64,000 bases of DNA from an uncultured Actinomycetota bacterium (GCA_963809195.1 CAWEIQ010000007.1:19209-83208); one strand, 5' to 3'. Counted from the stretch's first letter, positions 30,907-41,417 are shown. A program made the numbers and translations. Notes: generated from the sequence alone by a model not told the origin.

Positions 30907-31251
30907 CTAGCTCCTCGTCAGCAGCTCCTCGTCGGCCAGCTCGACGCGCAACTCAGGACCGCGCGGATTGGCCAGGTGCACATCGAGGGCTTGCTGGACG
31001 GCGACCGACGCGATCGGCAGCCCGCCCACGAACGTGCGTCCCTTGCCCAGATCGTCGAGCACCCAGCCGTCGGAACGCCAGGTGATGCGCGCATGATCGC
31101 GCGAGACGATCGGATCGGACACGATCACCGAGTTGTCCGGACTACGGCCGATCCGGACGGTCTGGCCCGGCTCGAACATGAACGTCTGGCCAGCGAACGT
31201 GATCCTGAGGTCGCTCACTCGCCCGCCTTCCTTCGCGCCTGCCTTCGACAC
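30907..31251 (-). CDS. FHA-domain protein; probably the N-terminal part of a split FHA-PrsW gene
   Basis: Core FHA signature VRIGRSPDNSVIVSDPIVSRDHARI...WVLDDLGKGRTFVGG. The stop codon lies inside a 14-bp tandem duplication. Confidence 0.8.
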   Translation of the reverse strand: MSKAGAKEGGRVSDLRITFAGQTFMFEPGQTVRIGRSPDNSVIVSDPIVSRDHARITWRSDGWVLDDLGKGRTFVGGLPIASVAVQQALDVHLANPRGPELRVELADEELLTRS

Positions 31252-31352
31252 CTAGCGCGCGCTCCGGGAGACATTGTGCACAGGCGGCGCTGGCTCAGGT
31301 TACCGACACCAAGGCGATGGTCGATCACGATCCGTGAACGGACGCGTACAGC

Positions 31353-32459
31353 TCAGGCGGTGCTCGCTTCGGTGATTGCCTCGTCTACCTCGGCCTTCCT
31401 GGCTGCGAGCTCGACCGCGTATTTCTCCTCGTCGATCCGTTCGGCCAGGTCCTCGTCGGCCTTCATGAGCTGCTCGAGGTCGCTGTCCGCCGCGGCGAGG
31501 ACGCCGAGATCGGCGAATGCGTGCCTGACCTTCGGTCCCCACAGGCCGATGTCCCTGACGCACGGGACGATCCTGGTGAACAACAAAGAGCGGAACGCCT
31601 GCTGCACCGGCGACTTGTCGGTGAAGTCCATGCACTCCTCGACATCGAAGTCGAGCCGCTCCCATACCTCCTGGGCGCGGAACCTGTTGTTCATCAGGTA
31701 ACAGCCCTCGATCAGGAACTCCTCGCGTTCGTCGCGTTCGGCCTGCGTCAGCTCGGCGTAGTAGTCGCGCAGCGCGAGCCGGCCGAATGCGACGTGCCGC
31801 GCCTCGTCCTGCATGACGTAGGCGAGCAGCTGGGTGACGAGCTTGTTGTTGGACATGTCGCGGTGCACGCCGAACGCGGCCAGCGCCAGGCCCTCGATCA
31901 GCACCTGCATGCCGAGGTAGGGGTAGTCCCAGCGCCCGTCGGCCAGCGCCTCGCCGAGCAGGGTGGCGAGGTCATCGTTGATCGGGTAGTAGATGCCGAT
32001 CTTGTCCTTGATGAACCGCTGGTACAGCTCGACGTGCCTGGCCTCGTCCATCACCTGGGTGGCGGCGTAGAACTTGGAGTCCATGTCGGGCACCGACTCG
32101 ACGATCCTGGCCGCGACCGTCAGCGCGCCCTGCTCGCCGTGCAGGAACTGGCTGAACAGCCAGGATGACAGGTGCAGGCCGAGCTCGTCGCGCTCGGCCT
32201 GGTTCAGCTTCTCCCACTGGCGCGAGCCGTAGATCGGGCTGAGCTCCTCGGTTTGCTCCATCACGTTCGTGGGGTCGACGGGGATGTCCCAGTCGATGCG
32301 CTTGGTGGCGTCCCACTGCTTGTCCTTGCCGCGCTGGTACAGATCGAGCAGGCGGGCGCGCCCGTTGTCGTATTCCCAGTTGAACCTGGCCGCGCCGGTG
32401 GCCGGTACATCCCAGGTGCCGGGCTCGACGGTGCTGACGTAGTGGTCGTACGTGCTCAT
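31353..32459 (-). CDS. Ferritin-like diiron oxygenase (AurF-like family)
   Basis: Two E...(D/E)ExxH pairs (MDEARHVELY, QDEARHVAFG). ATG at 32459 follows GGAGGGG. Intact. Confidence 0.7.
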   Translation of the reverse strand: MSTYDHYVSTVEPGTWDVPATGAARFNWEYDNGRARLLDLYQRGKDKQWDATKRIDWDIPVDPTNVMEQTEELSPIYGSRQWEKLNQAERDELGLHLSSWLFSQFLHGEQGALTVAARIVESVPDMDSKFYAATQVMDEARHVELYQRFIKDKIGIYYPINDDLATLLGEALADGRWDYPYLGMQVLIEGLALAAFGVHRDMSNNKLVTQLLAYVMQDEARHVAFGRLALRDYYAELTQAERDEREEFLIEGCYLMNNRFRAQEVWERLDFDVEECMDFTDKSPVQQAFRSLLFTRIVPCVRDIGLWGPKVRHAFADLGVLAAADSDLEQLMKADEDLAERIDEEKYAVELAARKAEVDEAITEASTA

Positions 32460-32557
32460 GGCGGCCCCTCCGGGAATTGCGTACTCCGATATTACTTGCC
32501 AGTACGCTGCTGTTAAAGATGCCATATTGGCTGGTGCTCGGCGGTGGTGCCAGCACC

Positions 32558-32989
32558 ATGGGAGCCGGGCCAGGCTGGTGGGAAGATCGGACTGTGAACG
32601 ACGGTCCGCACTCGGTCCTGGTTGTCGACGACCAGGCGCCCTTCCGTGCCGCCGCCAAGGCCGTGCTGCGCAGGCTGGACTGCTTCGAGCTGGCCGCGGA
32701 GGCGGCGAGCGGACCTGAGGCTATCGAGCTGGTCGAGTCGATCAGGCCAGAGCTCGTGCTGATGGACATCAACATGCCGCAGATGAGCGGCATCACCGCG
32801 ACCCGTGAGATCGTCCTGGCGCATCCGGACACCATTGTCTTCTTGTGCTCGACCTACGATGCGAGCGATCTGCCCGCCGACGCCGCCGCGAGCGGCGCCC
32901 GCGCGTACCTGAACAAGGAGCGGTTCAGCGCCGACGCCCTGCGCCAGCTCTGGCAGAAGCGCGACTCCGGCGTCTTCGTCTCGCTCTAG
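32558..32989 (+). CDS. Stand-alone response-regulator receiver domain
   Basis: VLVVDDQ..., LVLMDINMPQMSG, and no output domain. The start is uncertain (ATG 32558 or GTG 32594). Confidence 0.75.
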   Translation: MGAGPGWWEDRTVNDGPHSVLVVDDQAPFRAAAKAVLRRLDCFELAAEAASGPEAIELVESIRPELVLMDINMPQMSGITATREIVLAHPDTIVFLCSTYDASDLPADAAASGARAYLNKERFSADALRQLWQKRDSGVFVSL

Positions 32990-33020
32990 CGCGCGCCAGC
33001 GGGTTCCCGCGCAGGCAATT

Positions 33021-33075
33021 GAACACCTACGGCCCATCGGGGTTCAAAGAAAACACCCGATGGCCATAGGCGTTC
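33021..33075. repeat. Imperfect 55-bp palindromic element (family GAACCCCGATGGC.ATCGGGGTTC)
   Basis: gaacacctacggcccatcggggttc-aaa-gaaaacacccgatggccataggcgttc. A related copy lies at 55999-56060. Confidence 0.5.
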
Positions 33076-33334
33076 ATCGCTGCCCGGTGCTAGCGGCGTA
33101 TCACGGCAATTTCGGGTCGGCAGCGGTGGTGGCAGGCACACCCGGCCTGGCCAGCCAGCACCCTCGCGGTAGACAGGCGCCGCGCAAGGCTGTCTGTGAC
33201 GGCTGGTGACCCCCGAGGAGCTGGCAATGCGGATCCTGGCGGCAAGGCGCGACGGCTGCTGCGCCAAGTATTTCGTCCGATGTCCTCCTTTCAGGAATGT
33301 CTGTCGTTAATAATCGCAGGTCAGGAGGTGTCAG

Positions 33335-35470
33335 ATGCAGCCCGAGCAGGACCAGTGCACCCGGCCGCGGGTCGCGGCGCGTTCTGGGCAGCCTGGTCGC
33401 TGTGGGCGCTCACGATCGGGGCAAGCGCGATAGCGATGGGCTACGTGGCCGGGCGGCCGCTGCCGGCCGGCTCCGGGCAGGGCAGCGCCGCCAACAACGT
33501 CATCGGGGTCGCGTTCATCCTGACGTTCGCGACCGTCGGGGCGCTCCTGGCGTGGAAGCGCTCGTCGAACCCGATCGGCTGGCTGCTATCCGCGACCGCG
33601 ATCTGCTACACGGCCGGTGGATTTGGCTTGTTCCTCCAGCACTTCAGGGCGACGCTGACGGCCGCCCAGTGGTCAGGGTGGATCTGGCTGGTCGGGCCCG
33701 CGCTCACGGTCTTCGTGCTGCTGCTGTTCCCGACCGGCTCGCTGCCCTCGCGCCGCTGGCGGATCGTCGCGTGGACGGCGGCGGCCGGTATCGCCTGCTG
33801 GATCACCGGCAACGCGTTCGCCCCCATGATCCTCACGTCGGGACCGCCAGAGGTGCCCAACCCGATCGGGCTGAGCGGCCCCGCTGGCAGGGCCGTCGGC
33901 CTGCTAGCGGGTCTCGGCGCCGGCGTCGTCGTGCTGTCGCGGTGGCCAGCGGTCGGGTCGCTGGCCGTCCGCTACCGGCGGTCCGGGTTCGTCCAGCGCG
34001 AGCAGCTGAAGTGGCTGCTCTACGCGGCTGCGCTGATCGTGATCGGGCTGCTTGCCAATCTCGTCGTCGGGCTTCCTGGTCAGCGACCCGCAAGCCGCGA
34101 ACAACCTGGACAACGCGATGATCAGCTTCGGCGTCGCCGCCGTGCCCGTCGCGATCGGGATCGCGGTCTTCAGGTACCGGCTGTACGACATCGACATCGT
34201 CATCAACAAGACGCTGGTCTACGGCTCCCTCGCGTTCTTCATCACCGGCGTCTACGTCGCGATCGTGGTCGGCATCGGGTCCTTCGCGCAGCATCTGGCC
34301 AGCCCGAATCTGCTGCTGTCGATCGTCGCGACCGCGGTCGTCGCCGTCGCGTTCCACCCGGTCAGGGAGCGCGTGCAGCGGCTTGCCAACTGGCTGGTGT
34401 TCGGCAAGCGGGCGACGCCCTACGAGGTGCTGACGGAGCTGTCCGGGCGGATGACCGGCACCATCGCCGACCATGATCTGCTGAACAGGATGGCGCAGCT
34501 GCTCGCCGAGGGAACGGGCGGGGTTCGCGCCGACGTCTGGCTGCGGTCAGGTGACGTCCTCGAGGACAGCGCCGTCTGGCCGCCGACCGCCGAGCGCATG
34601 CCGGCCGTTCGCCTGCCCGCGAATGAGCGATGTCCAGGTTCCGGCCGCCCACCAGCAGAGGCTCGTCAGGCATCAGGGCGAGGTGCTAGGAGCCCTGTCG
34701 TTGCGCAAGCGCCCGGGGGAGCGGCTGACGCCCGACCGAAGACCGGATGCTCGGCGACCTCGCCGCTCAGGCCGGCCTGGTGCTCCGCAACCTTGGCCTC
34801 ACCGAGCAGCTCCTCGATCGGCTCGAGGAGGTCACGGCCTCACGACAGCGGCTGGTTGCCGCCCAGGACGAGGAGCGCCGCAAGATCGAGCGCAACATCC
34901 ACGACGGCGCGCAGCAGCAGCTCGTCGCGCTGGCGATCAAGCTCACGCTGACGGAGTCGCTGATCGGCGTCGACGAGGAAGGCGAGCGCGAGCTGCTGGC
35001 CGAGCTTTCGGCCGACGCCGCTGAGGCCGTCGAGAACCTCCGCGACCTGGCCAGGGGAATCTACCCGCCGCTGCTCGCCGAGCGCGGCCTCGTCGCCGCC
35101 CTGCGAGCGCAGGCGTCGAAGTCTCCTGTGCCGTCGAGATCGAGGCGCACGGGGTCGGCAGGATCGAGGTCGAGACCGAGGCAGGGCTGTACTTCTGCAT
35201 CATGGAGTGCCTGCAGAACGCGGTGAAGTACGCCGGTGCAGACCGGGTCACGATCGCGCTGAAACTGTCGCGTGGCGCAGGTCAGTTTCGAAGTTCGCGA
35301 CGACGGCGCAGGTTTCGACGTGGCGGCCACGGTGCGCGGGAACCGGCTTGCAAGGGCATCGGCGACCGGCTGGCGGCTCTCGGCGGCACGCTCGACGTGC
35401 GCTCGCGCCAGGAGCCGGTACGACGGTGGCCGGCTCGGTCCCGCTTCGCGTCGCCGAGCTTGCCGGATGA
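33335..35470 (+). pseudogene. Membrane sensor histidine kinase, paralogue 2 (multi-TM, GAF-like, HisKA_3, HATPase); at least 8 frame changes
   Basis: ATG 33335 lies 6 nt after AGGAGG. The TM region is in ORF 33196..34476, YRLYDIDIVINKTLVYG in ORF 34052..34951, the H-box ERRKIERNIHDGAQQQLVAL in ORF 34747..35226, and the HATPase pieces (LYFCIMECLQNAVKYA, FEVRDDGAGFD, IGDRLAALGGTL) in three frames. Confidence 0.75.
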
Positions 35471-37716
35471 TCCGGTTCACGCCGGCTCGGCTGGCTGCCG
35501 GGTTGCTCCTGCTTACGGTTGCGGCGCTGGTCGCGGCGGCCGCCTACGGCGTGGCCGCGCACGACCTGGCCGACGCGTTCACGTTCACTCCCGTGCTGCT
35601 GGCATTCGCGGTCGTCGGGGCGTTTGTCGCAGCGCGGCGCCCGCGGAACCCGATCGGCTGGCTCTTTCTCGCCGAGGGCCTCGCGTTCGCCGCCGGGGTG
35701 GCGACGAGTGCCTATGCCACGGATGCGACGCGGCTCGCTGCCTCGTCGGCGGCGGACTGGGCGGAATGGGTAGGCGCGATTCCCGGCGAACTCGGCTTCC
35801 TGTTCGCCCTCGCCATCTTGCTGTTCCCGGACGGCAGGTTGCCCTCCCGTCGCTGGCGGCCGCTCGCGTGGCTGCTGGTGCTCGCCGAGTCCCTGATGCT
35901 GGCCGCTGCGGTGACATCGGGCGCCGCGATGCACGCCCAGGGTTCGAGGCTGCCGTCGCCCGTGACGTTGATCCCCGAGAGCGTCACCGGGCCGGTCCTC
36001 GACAAGGTGCAGACCGCGCTGATACCGCTGGCACTCGCGGCTGCCGTCGGGTGCGTGCTGCGATACCGCCGCTCGACGGCTGACGGACGGCACCAGATCA
36101 AGTGGTTCGCGTTCGCAGGGTCGGTGACAGCGATCGGGATGGTGACGCTCGGCCTGACCACCGGCAACCCGCTCGGCGCGTTCCTGGTACTCGGTCCGCT
36201 GCTGCCCGTCGCGGCGGGCATCGGCATCATGAAGTACCGCCTGTACGACATCGACGTCGTGATCAGCAAGACGCTGGTCTACGGCGCGCTGGCGTTGTTC
36301 ATCACCGGCGTTTACGTGCTCGTCGTGGTGGTGATCGGGTCGGCCGGGGCAGGGCTCGCCGCGACCGGGTCCCGGCCAGGTCTGGCGCTGTCGATCCTGG
36401 CGACCGCGATCGTCGCGATCGCGTTCCAGCCGGTGCGTGAGCGGCTCGAGCACCTGGCCAACCGTCTGGTGTACGGACAGCGGGCGACGCCGTACGAGAT
36501 GCTCAGCGCGTTCTCCGCCCGGATGGGCGAGGCCTACGCCACCGAGGACCTGCTGCCGCGCCTGGCCAGGATGCTGGCCGAGGGAACGGCGGCAGCGCGG
36601 GCGCACGTCTGGCTGCTGCCATGGCGATGAGCTGCGCCCTGCCGCATCGTGGCCGCCGACGCGGCGCCGCCTGCCCCGGTTGGGTCAACAGCGCCGACCT
36701 GCCGGCCTCGCGATGGCAGCGGCGGAGCTATCCAGCGCTCGTTCGCCAGGCGCCGCCGGGCGAGCGAGACGGCGCTGGTGAGGCACCAGGGAGAACTGCT
36801 CGGGGCGCTGTCTGTCGTCAGGCGGCGAGATGAGCCATGCTACGCCCGCCCAGGACAAGCTGCTCGGCGAACTGGCGGCCCAGGCCGGGCTGGTGCTGCG
36901 GAACGTGCGCCTCACCGCCGAGCTGGTCGCCAGGCTCCACGAGCTCAGCGCGTCCCGGCAGCGGATCGTGACGGCGCAGGACCAGGAGCGGCTGCGAATC
37001 CAGCGCGACATCGCCGGCGGCGCTCAGCGCCAGCTCACCGAGCTAGCTGCGAGATTCAGCGGCGCCGAGGCGACGGCCGGTTCGCGATCCGCAGGCGCAA
37101 CTGACGACTGATCGCCAGCCTGAAGGCCGACGTGGCCGGCGATCGTAGAGTCGCTCAGGGAACTGGCGCGCGGCATCTACCCGCCCTTGCTCGCCGACCA
37201 GGGACTGGCCGCGGCGGTCAGGGCCAGGCCACGAAGGCCAGCGGCCCTGTCGTGGTCAGTCGCGGACGGGATCGGCCGGTACAGCAAGGACATCGAGGCC
37301 GCGCTGTACTTCTGCTGCCTCGAGGCGCTGCGCAATGTCGGCAAGTACGCCGCCGCCGCGTCCACCCGCATCGAGCTGTCCAGGACCGACGGCGCGATCG
37401 GCTTCGCAGGTGTCGCGACGACGGACCGGGCTTCGACCTGAAGCTGCTCGGCCATGGCTCGGGCCTGCAGCACATGACCGACCGGCTCGCGGCGCTGGGC
37501 GGGACGATCGCGATCGACTCCCGTCCAGGCGCCGGCACGACCGTGGCAGGACGGATCCCGCTGCCGCTGAGACGGCAGAGTTCTTTCCCGCCAACGGCCG
37601 CGGCTGACTCCGCGGGCGCCCGCGGTCACGCGGAGAGCGTGACGGGAATCGCGCGGCCAGCGGGTAGTCCGGCGCCCGGCTACGCGGTCAGCGTGACCGG
37701 GATCGCTGGACGTTGA
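35467..37716 (+). pseudogene. Membrane sensor histidine kinase, paralogue 3; N-terminal ~390 aa intact, C-terminal half frameshifted
   Basis: The ATG overlaps the stop of paralogue 2 (ATGA at 35467-35470). ORF 35272..36630 carries the TM sensor. The GAF-like, H-box (ERLRIQRDIAGGAQRQL) and HATPase (LYFCCLEALRNVGKYA, GLQHMTDRLAALGGT) pieces are in ORFs 36437.., 36649.., 36830.., 37187.. and 37132..37716. Confidence 0.75.
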
Positions 37717-38614
37717 TCGGCTGGCCGTCCTTCGCCGAGCTCTCGAAGACCTCGATCACGCCACGCTGGGTCCGCGGAACCGAGTAGGTGACCGCGACCG
37801 AATAGTCGCCGCGGCACCCGGTTCCGCACGTCGCGGTCGTGAACGTCCTGGCGATCTCGTGTCCGGCCGAGTCCAGCACCCGGATGCTGACCGTCGCCTC
37901 GAATACGTTGGCCGTTCCGGCAACTGTTACCGCGTTGCTGACCTGCTCGCCAATCGTCGGGCTCTGCACAGTGATCGCCGGCAGGTAGCCGCTATCCATC
38001 GACGCGGGTCTGCGGGCTTTGCACGGGCACCCCGCCGAGCACCGTGACGCCCTGGCCGTTGATCGCGAACCTGACGCTCCGCACGGTCGGAAACTGCGTC
38101 ACCGTGTAGACAATCTGCGCGATACGAAGCGGCATCGACGCCGCGCTTGGCCGACGACTCGAACGACGAGCTGAGATCGACGGTCGCGACACCGGCTGAG
38201 ATGCGCACGCCGAGGAGCGCAGTGCCGGCCGGGATCTGCGAGCGCAAACCCGCCGCTTGCTCGGCGGCCGACGGTCCAGCCAGCACGGTTCCGATCGCCG
38301 CCTTGGCGACACCGGTCGTCGCTGGGACTGCCCGCTCGGTCACGAACAGCTTGCCGGCCCTGGTGAACCACGCCTGCAGGCTCGATGCTGGCGGTCGGGC
38401 TTGGCGTGGGCGATGCGGGCGCGGATGGCGGGCTGGCAGGTGGCGGCGTGGCGCTCGCGGGACTGCTAGCGGGCGGCGAGACCTGGCTCGGCGACGTACT
38501 GCCGCCGGCCGGGACGCCGCCTAGCGATCCGGCCGGAGCGGTGCCGCATCCGACGGTGAGCAGTCCGGCTGTAAGCAATCCGGCGCTAGCAAGCACAATG
38601 GGCGGGAGCTTCAT
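37688..38614 (-). pseudogene. Secreted lipoprotein with GerMN-like and Gmad2 Ig-like domains, about 3 frameshifts
   Basis: ATG 38614 follows GAGGAGG. The lipobox is LLTVGCGT. The GerMN-like segment is split between ORFs 37927..38343 and 37992..38312. The Ig-like C-terminus (TVAGTANVFEATVSIRVLD) is in ORF 37688..37999. Confidence 0.65.
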
Positions 38615-38686
38615 GTTTGGCCTCCTCGACATCAACACGACGCCCCCAGAGTGCTGTGCGCGGCCAACCGGAAGCTCACCGCTTCA

Positions 38687-40144
38687 TCACCGTTCGCTCA
38701 CAGAGCTCTCAGCGCCCAGCGGCACGGTCAGCCGGAACACCGACCCGCGCCCGCACGTCGCTGGCCACGCTGATCGTGCCGCCGAGCAGCCTGGCGTTCT
38801 CCAGTGCGATCGCCAGGCCGAGGCCGCTGCCAGGGCTGGTGCGCGCGGAGTCCGCCTTGTAGAAGCGCTCGAAGACGTGCGGCAGGTGCTCGGCCGGGAT
38901 GCCAGGGCCGCCATCTGCCACCTCGACCCAGCCGCTCTCGCCATCGGCGCCGATCCGCACGCCGATGTCGCTGGCCGCTGTGCTCGATCGCGTTGCCGAT
39001 CAGGTTGGCCAGGATCCGCTCCACCCGGCGCGGATCGGTCGCCAGCGTCAGCGGACCGCCGCTCACCGCGACCCTGGCCTGCCAGCCCCGCGCGCCGATC
39101 AGCGCGGTCGCGATCGACCCAACATCGACCACCCGCCGCTGGACGGGCTCGGACCCGGCATCGAGCATGGAGATCTCCATCAGCTCGTCGACCAGCGTCC
39201 TGAGCCTGCGTACGTCGGCGATCAGCAGCTCGACCGGACGGCGGGCCGGGTCGGGGAGCTGGCTTGCCTGTTCGCTCAGCACCGAGGCCTCGGCGACCAG
39301 CGCGGCCAACGGCGTCCGCAGCTCGTGCGCGACGTTCGCGGTGAACCGGCGCTCGCGGTCCTGCGCGGCAACCAGTTCCGCGATCTTCGCCTCGAGCGCG
39401 TCGGCCATCTCGTTGAACGCTGCTGCCCAGGCGCCGAACTCATCCGGCGGGCCAGCGGGCAGCCTGGTCTCAAGCCGGCCCTGGCCATGAGCCTGGCGGC
39501 CTCGCTGGCCCTGGCGACCGGTTCCAGCGTCCGCCGCGCGAGCGTATGCCCGATCAGCGCCGCGAGCAGCACGACGCCGAGCCAGGCAATGGCGAGGGTG
39601 TTGCGCAGCTGGTTCAGGTTGCGCTGGACGGCAGCCTCATCGAAGAGCAGGTAGAGCTGTGCGGCCGATCCTGGCACCTTGCCGCCGACGACCAGGTAGG
39701 GCGTTCCTGCGACCTCGAACCGCTCGTAACCCAGCTTTCCCTGGCGGACGACGTCGCGCAGGCTCGCCGGGATGGCGGGATTCACGCTGGGGGTTCGAAG
39801 GGACGGCCGGCCTACGCGGGAAGACCAGCAGGGCGTGGGTGTCGCGCCGCTCGTAGGCACGTACGAAATCGCCGGCCTCTGGATACCTGATAGACGCGGC
39901 TAGCCGCAGGTCCTGCCTGGCCTCCGCGGCGCGTAGCATTCAGCGGGCCCTGCAGCCTGGCCTGGCGCACGAGCAGGAACGATGCGATCGCGAGTGCGCC
40001 CGCCGAGATGGCCGCGACGAGGACGAAGGCGATGACGAGGCGGCGTCGCAGCCCGCCGGCGCCGATCCACTTGCGACGCCCGGTGAACCGCGCAGCCGTT
40101 TGTCCGCGTGGCCGGGCGCCGGGCTTGATCGTCGGCCGGGTCAT
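38687..40144 (-). pseudogene. Two-component sensor histidine kinase (TM, HAMP, HisKA, HATPase), at least 5 frameshifts
   Basis: The N-terminal TM segment is in ORF 39812..40144. The H-box FTANVAHELRTPLAAL and NLIGNAIEH are in ORF 38728..39408. DGGPGIP and GSGLGLAIA are in ORF 38709..38960. The C-terminus [10 protein letters not shown] is in ORF 38687..38944. Confidence 0.8.
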
Positions 40145-40148
40145 GTCG

Positions 40149-40830
40149 TTAGGCCCGGTCCAGCCGGTAGCCGACCCCTCGGATGGTCTTGATCAGCGCC
40201 GGGTGCGACGGGTCGTCCTCGACCTTGGCCCTGAGCCGGCCGATGGCGACGTCCACCAGGTGCGAGTCGCCGAGGTACTCGTAGTCCCAGACCCGCTGCA
40301 GCAGCAGCTCTCTGGTGAACACCTGGCCGGGCCGCCTGGCCAGCTCAAGCAGCAGCCGGAACTCGGTCGCTGTGAGGGCGACCTCTTCGCCGTCCTTCCG
40401 AACGGTGAATCCGGCGGGATCGATCTCCAGCCCGCCGGCCAGGATCAGCGCGGCGTCCGGCAGGGGCCGATGTACGCCGCAGCACGGCACGCAGCCGCGC
40501 GACCAGTTCGGGCAGCTCGAATGGCTTCTTGACGTAGTCGTCCGCGCCGGACTCCAGCCCGACGACCACGTCAACGAGGTCCGCCCGCGCCGTCAGCATC
40601 ACGACGGGGACCCGGCTGAGCTTCCTGATCTCCCTGCAGACCTCGAATCCGTCCATCGACGGCAGCATCACGTCCAGGATGACCGCGTCAAAGCCTCCGG
40701 CTCGTGCCCTCGCAAGGCCGTCCCTGCCATCGGTCGCAGTCACCAGCCTGAAACCGGCCGTGGTCAGCCCGATGGACACGATCTCGCGAATCGAGGCGTC
40801 ATCTTCGACCAGCAGCAGCCGTTCATCCAC
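40149..40830 (-). pseudogene. OmpR-family response regulator, one frameshift
   Basis: The REC domain (LLLVEDD, AVILDVMLPSMDG, YVKKPF) is in ORF 40345..41025. The winged helix (LTATEFRLLLELARRPGQVFTRELL...IKTIRGVGYRL) is in ORF 40149..40574. The GTG start is at 40830. Confidence 0.8.
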
Positions 40831-41417
40831 CCGCTGCCGCCCCGCCCTGTTCTGCGCCCGCCCGGTTCTGCCCCGCCCGGTTCTGGTCCGCCCTGTTCTG
40901 CGCCGGCCTGAGGCGCCTCGCGCAGCCTCGTGATGTGCTCGCGCAGCGCCTGCTCGAGCTGCCCAGAGAAATCCACGATCAGCCTCAGCTCTTCGTCGCT
41001 GTAGTTCTCTGCCAGCCGCTGCCACGTCCTGACCATCGGCAGGAACACAGATGCGACGTCGCGAAGCGCGCGTTCGGTGACCAGGCGGACGACAACCCGC
41101 CGGCGGTCCGCGGCATCACGCTCGCGCCGGACGAAGCCCGCCTCCTCGAGCCGGTCAATGACGCCGGTGATCGACGCCGTGCTCAGCCCGGTGGCCTTCG
41201 CGAGCTGGCCGGCTGTCATCTGGCCGCTGAAGCTCAGCAGGTTCAGGCAGTTCAGGTCGGTGGCGTTGATCCCGATCCGGTCAGCCGCCGCCTGGCCCAT
41301 CAACTGCATGAGCGAGCCGGTACGACGCAGCGACGCCGCGAACGCCGCAAAGAGCCGCGCCCGCTCCGGCTGGCCAGCATCGGCCAGATCGGACGCGATC
41401 GGCTCTGCCCACGGCAC
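40764..41417 (-). CDS. MarR-family transcriptional regulator with a repeat-containing C-terminal tail
   Basis: Winged HTH MTAGQLAKATGLSTASITGVIDRLEEAGFVRRERDAADRRRVVV. The reading frame runs 67 nt into the downstream regulator gene. GTG 41417 is taken as the start. Confidence 0.65.
   Translation of the reverse strand: MPWAEPIASDLADAGQPERARLFAAFAASLRRTGSLMQLMGQAAADRIGINATDLNCLNLLSFSGQMTAGQLAKATGLSTASITGVIDRLEEAGFVRRERDAADRRRVVVRLVTERALRDVASVFLPMVRTWQRLAENYSDEELRLIVDFSGQLEQALREHITRLREAPQAGAEQGGPEPGGAEPGGRRTGRGGSGWMNGCCWSKMTPRFARSCPSG
40843..40902. repeat. 4 x 15-bp tandem repeat (CCGCCC(T/G)GTTCTG..)
   Basis: Units at 40843, 40858, 40873 and 40888. On the minus strand they encode pentapeptide repeats (AEQGG/PEPGG/AEPGG) in the MarR C-terminal tail. 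Confidence 0.6.

Noticed and set aside
28249-32459. Secondary-metabolite cluster suggested by a CrtI-family oxidoreductase and an AurF-like diiron oxygenase
   Set aside because: There are no core biosynthetic enzymes (PKS, NRPS, terpene synthase, RiPP precursor or modification genes). The two genes are separated by an unrelated FHA/PrsW locus and belong to different transcription units.
37625-37706. Two short hairpins (gtcacgc/gcgtgac and ggtca/tgacc) and a ~26-nt direct repeat between the convergent kinase 3 and lipoprotein genes
   Set aside because: The stems are only 5-7 bp with no U-tracts. The tract also lies inside the open C-terminal tail of kinase 3 (SVTGIA twice). That is too weak to call terminators or a repeat element.
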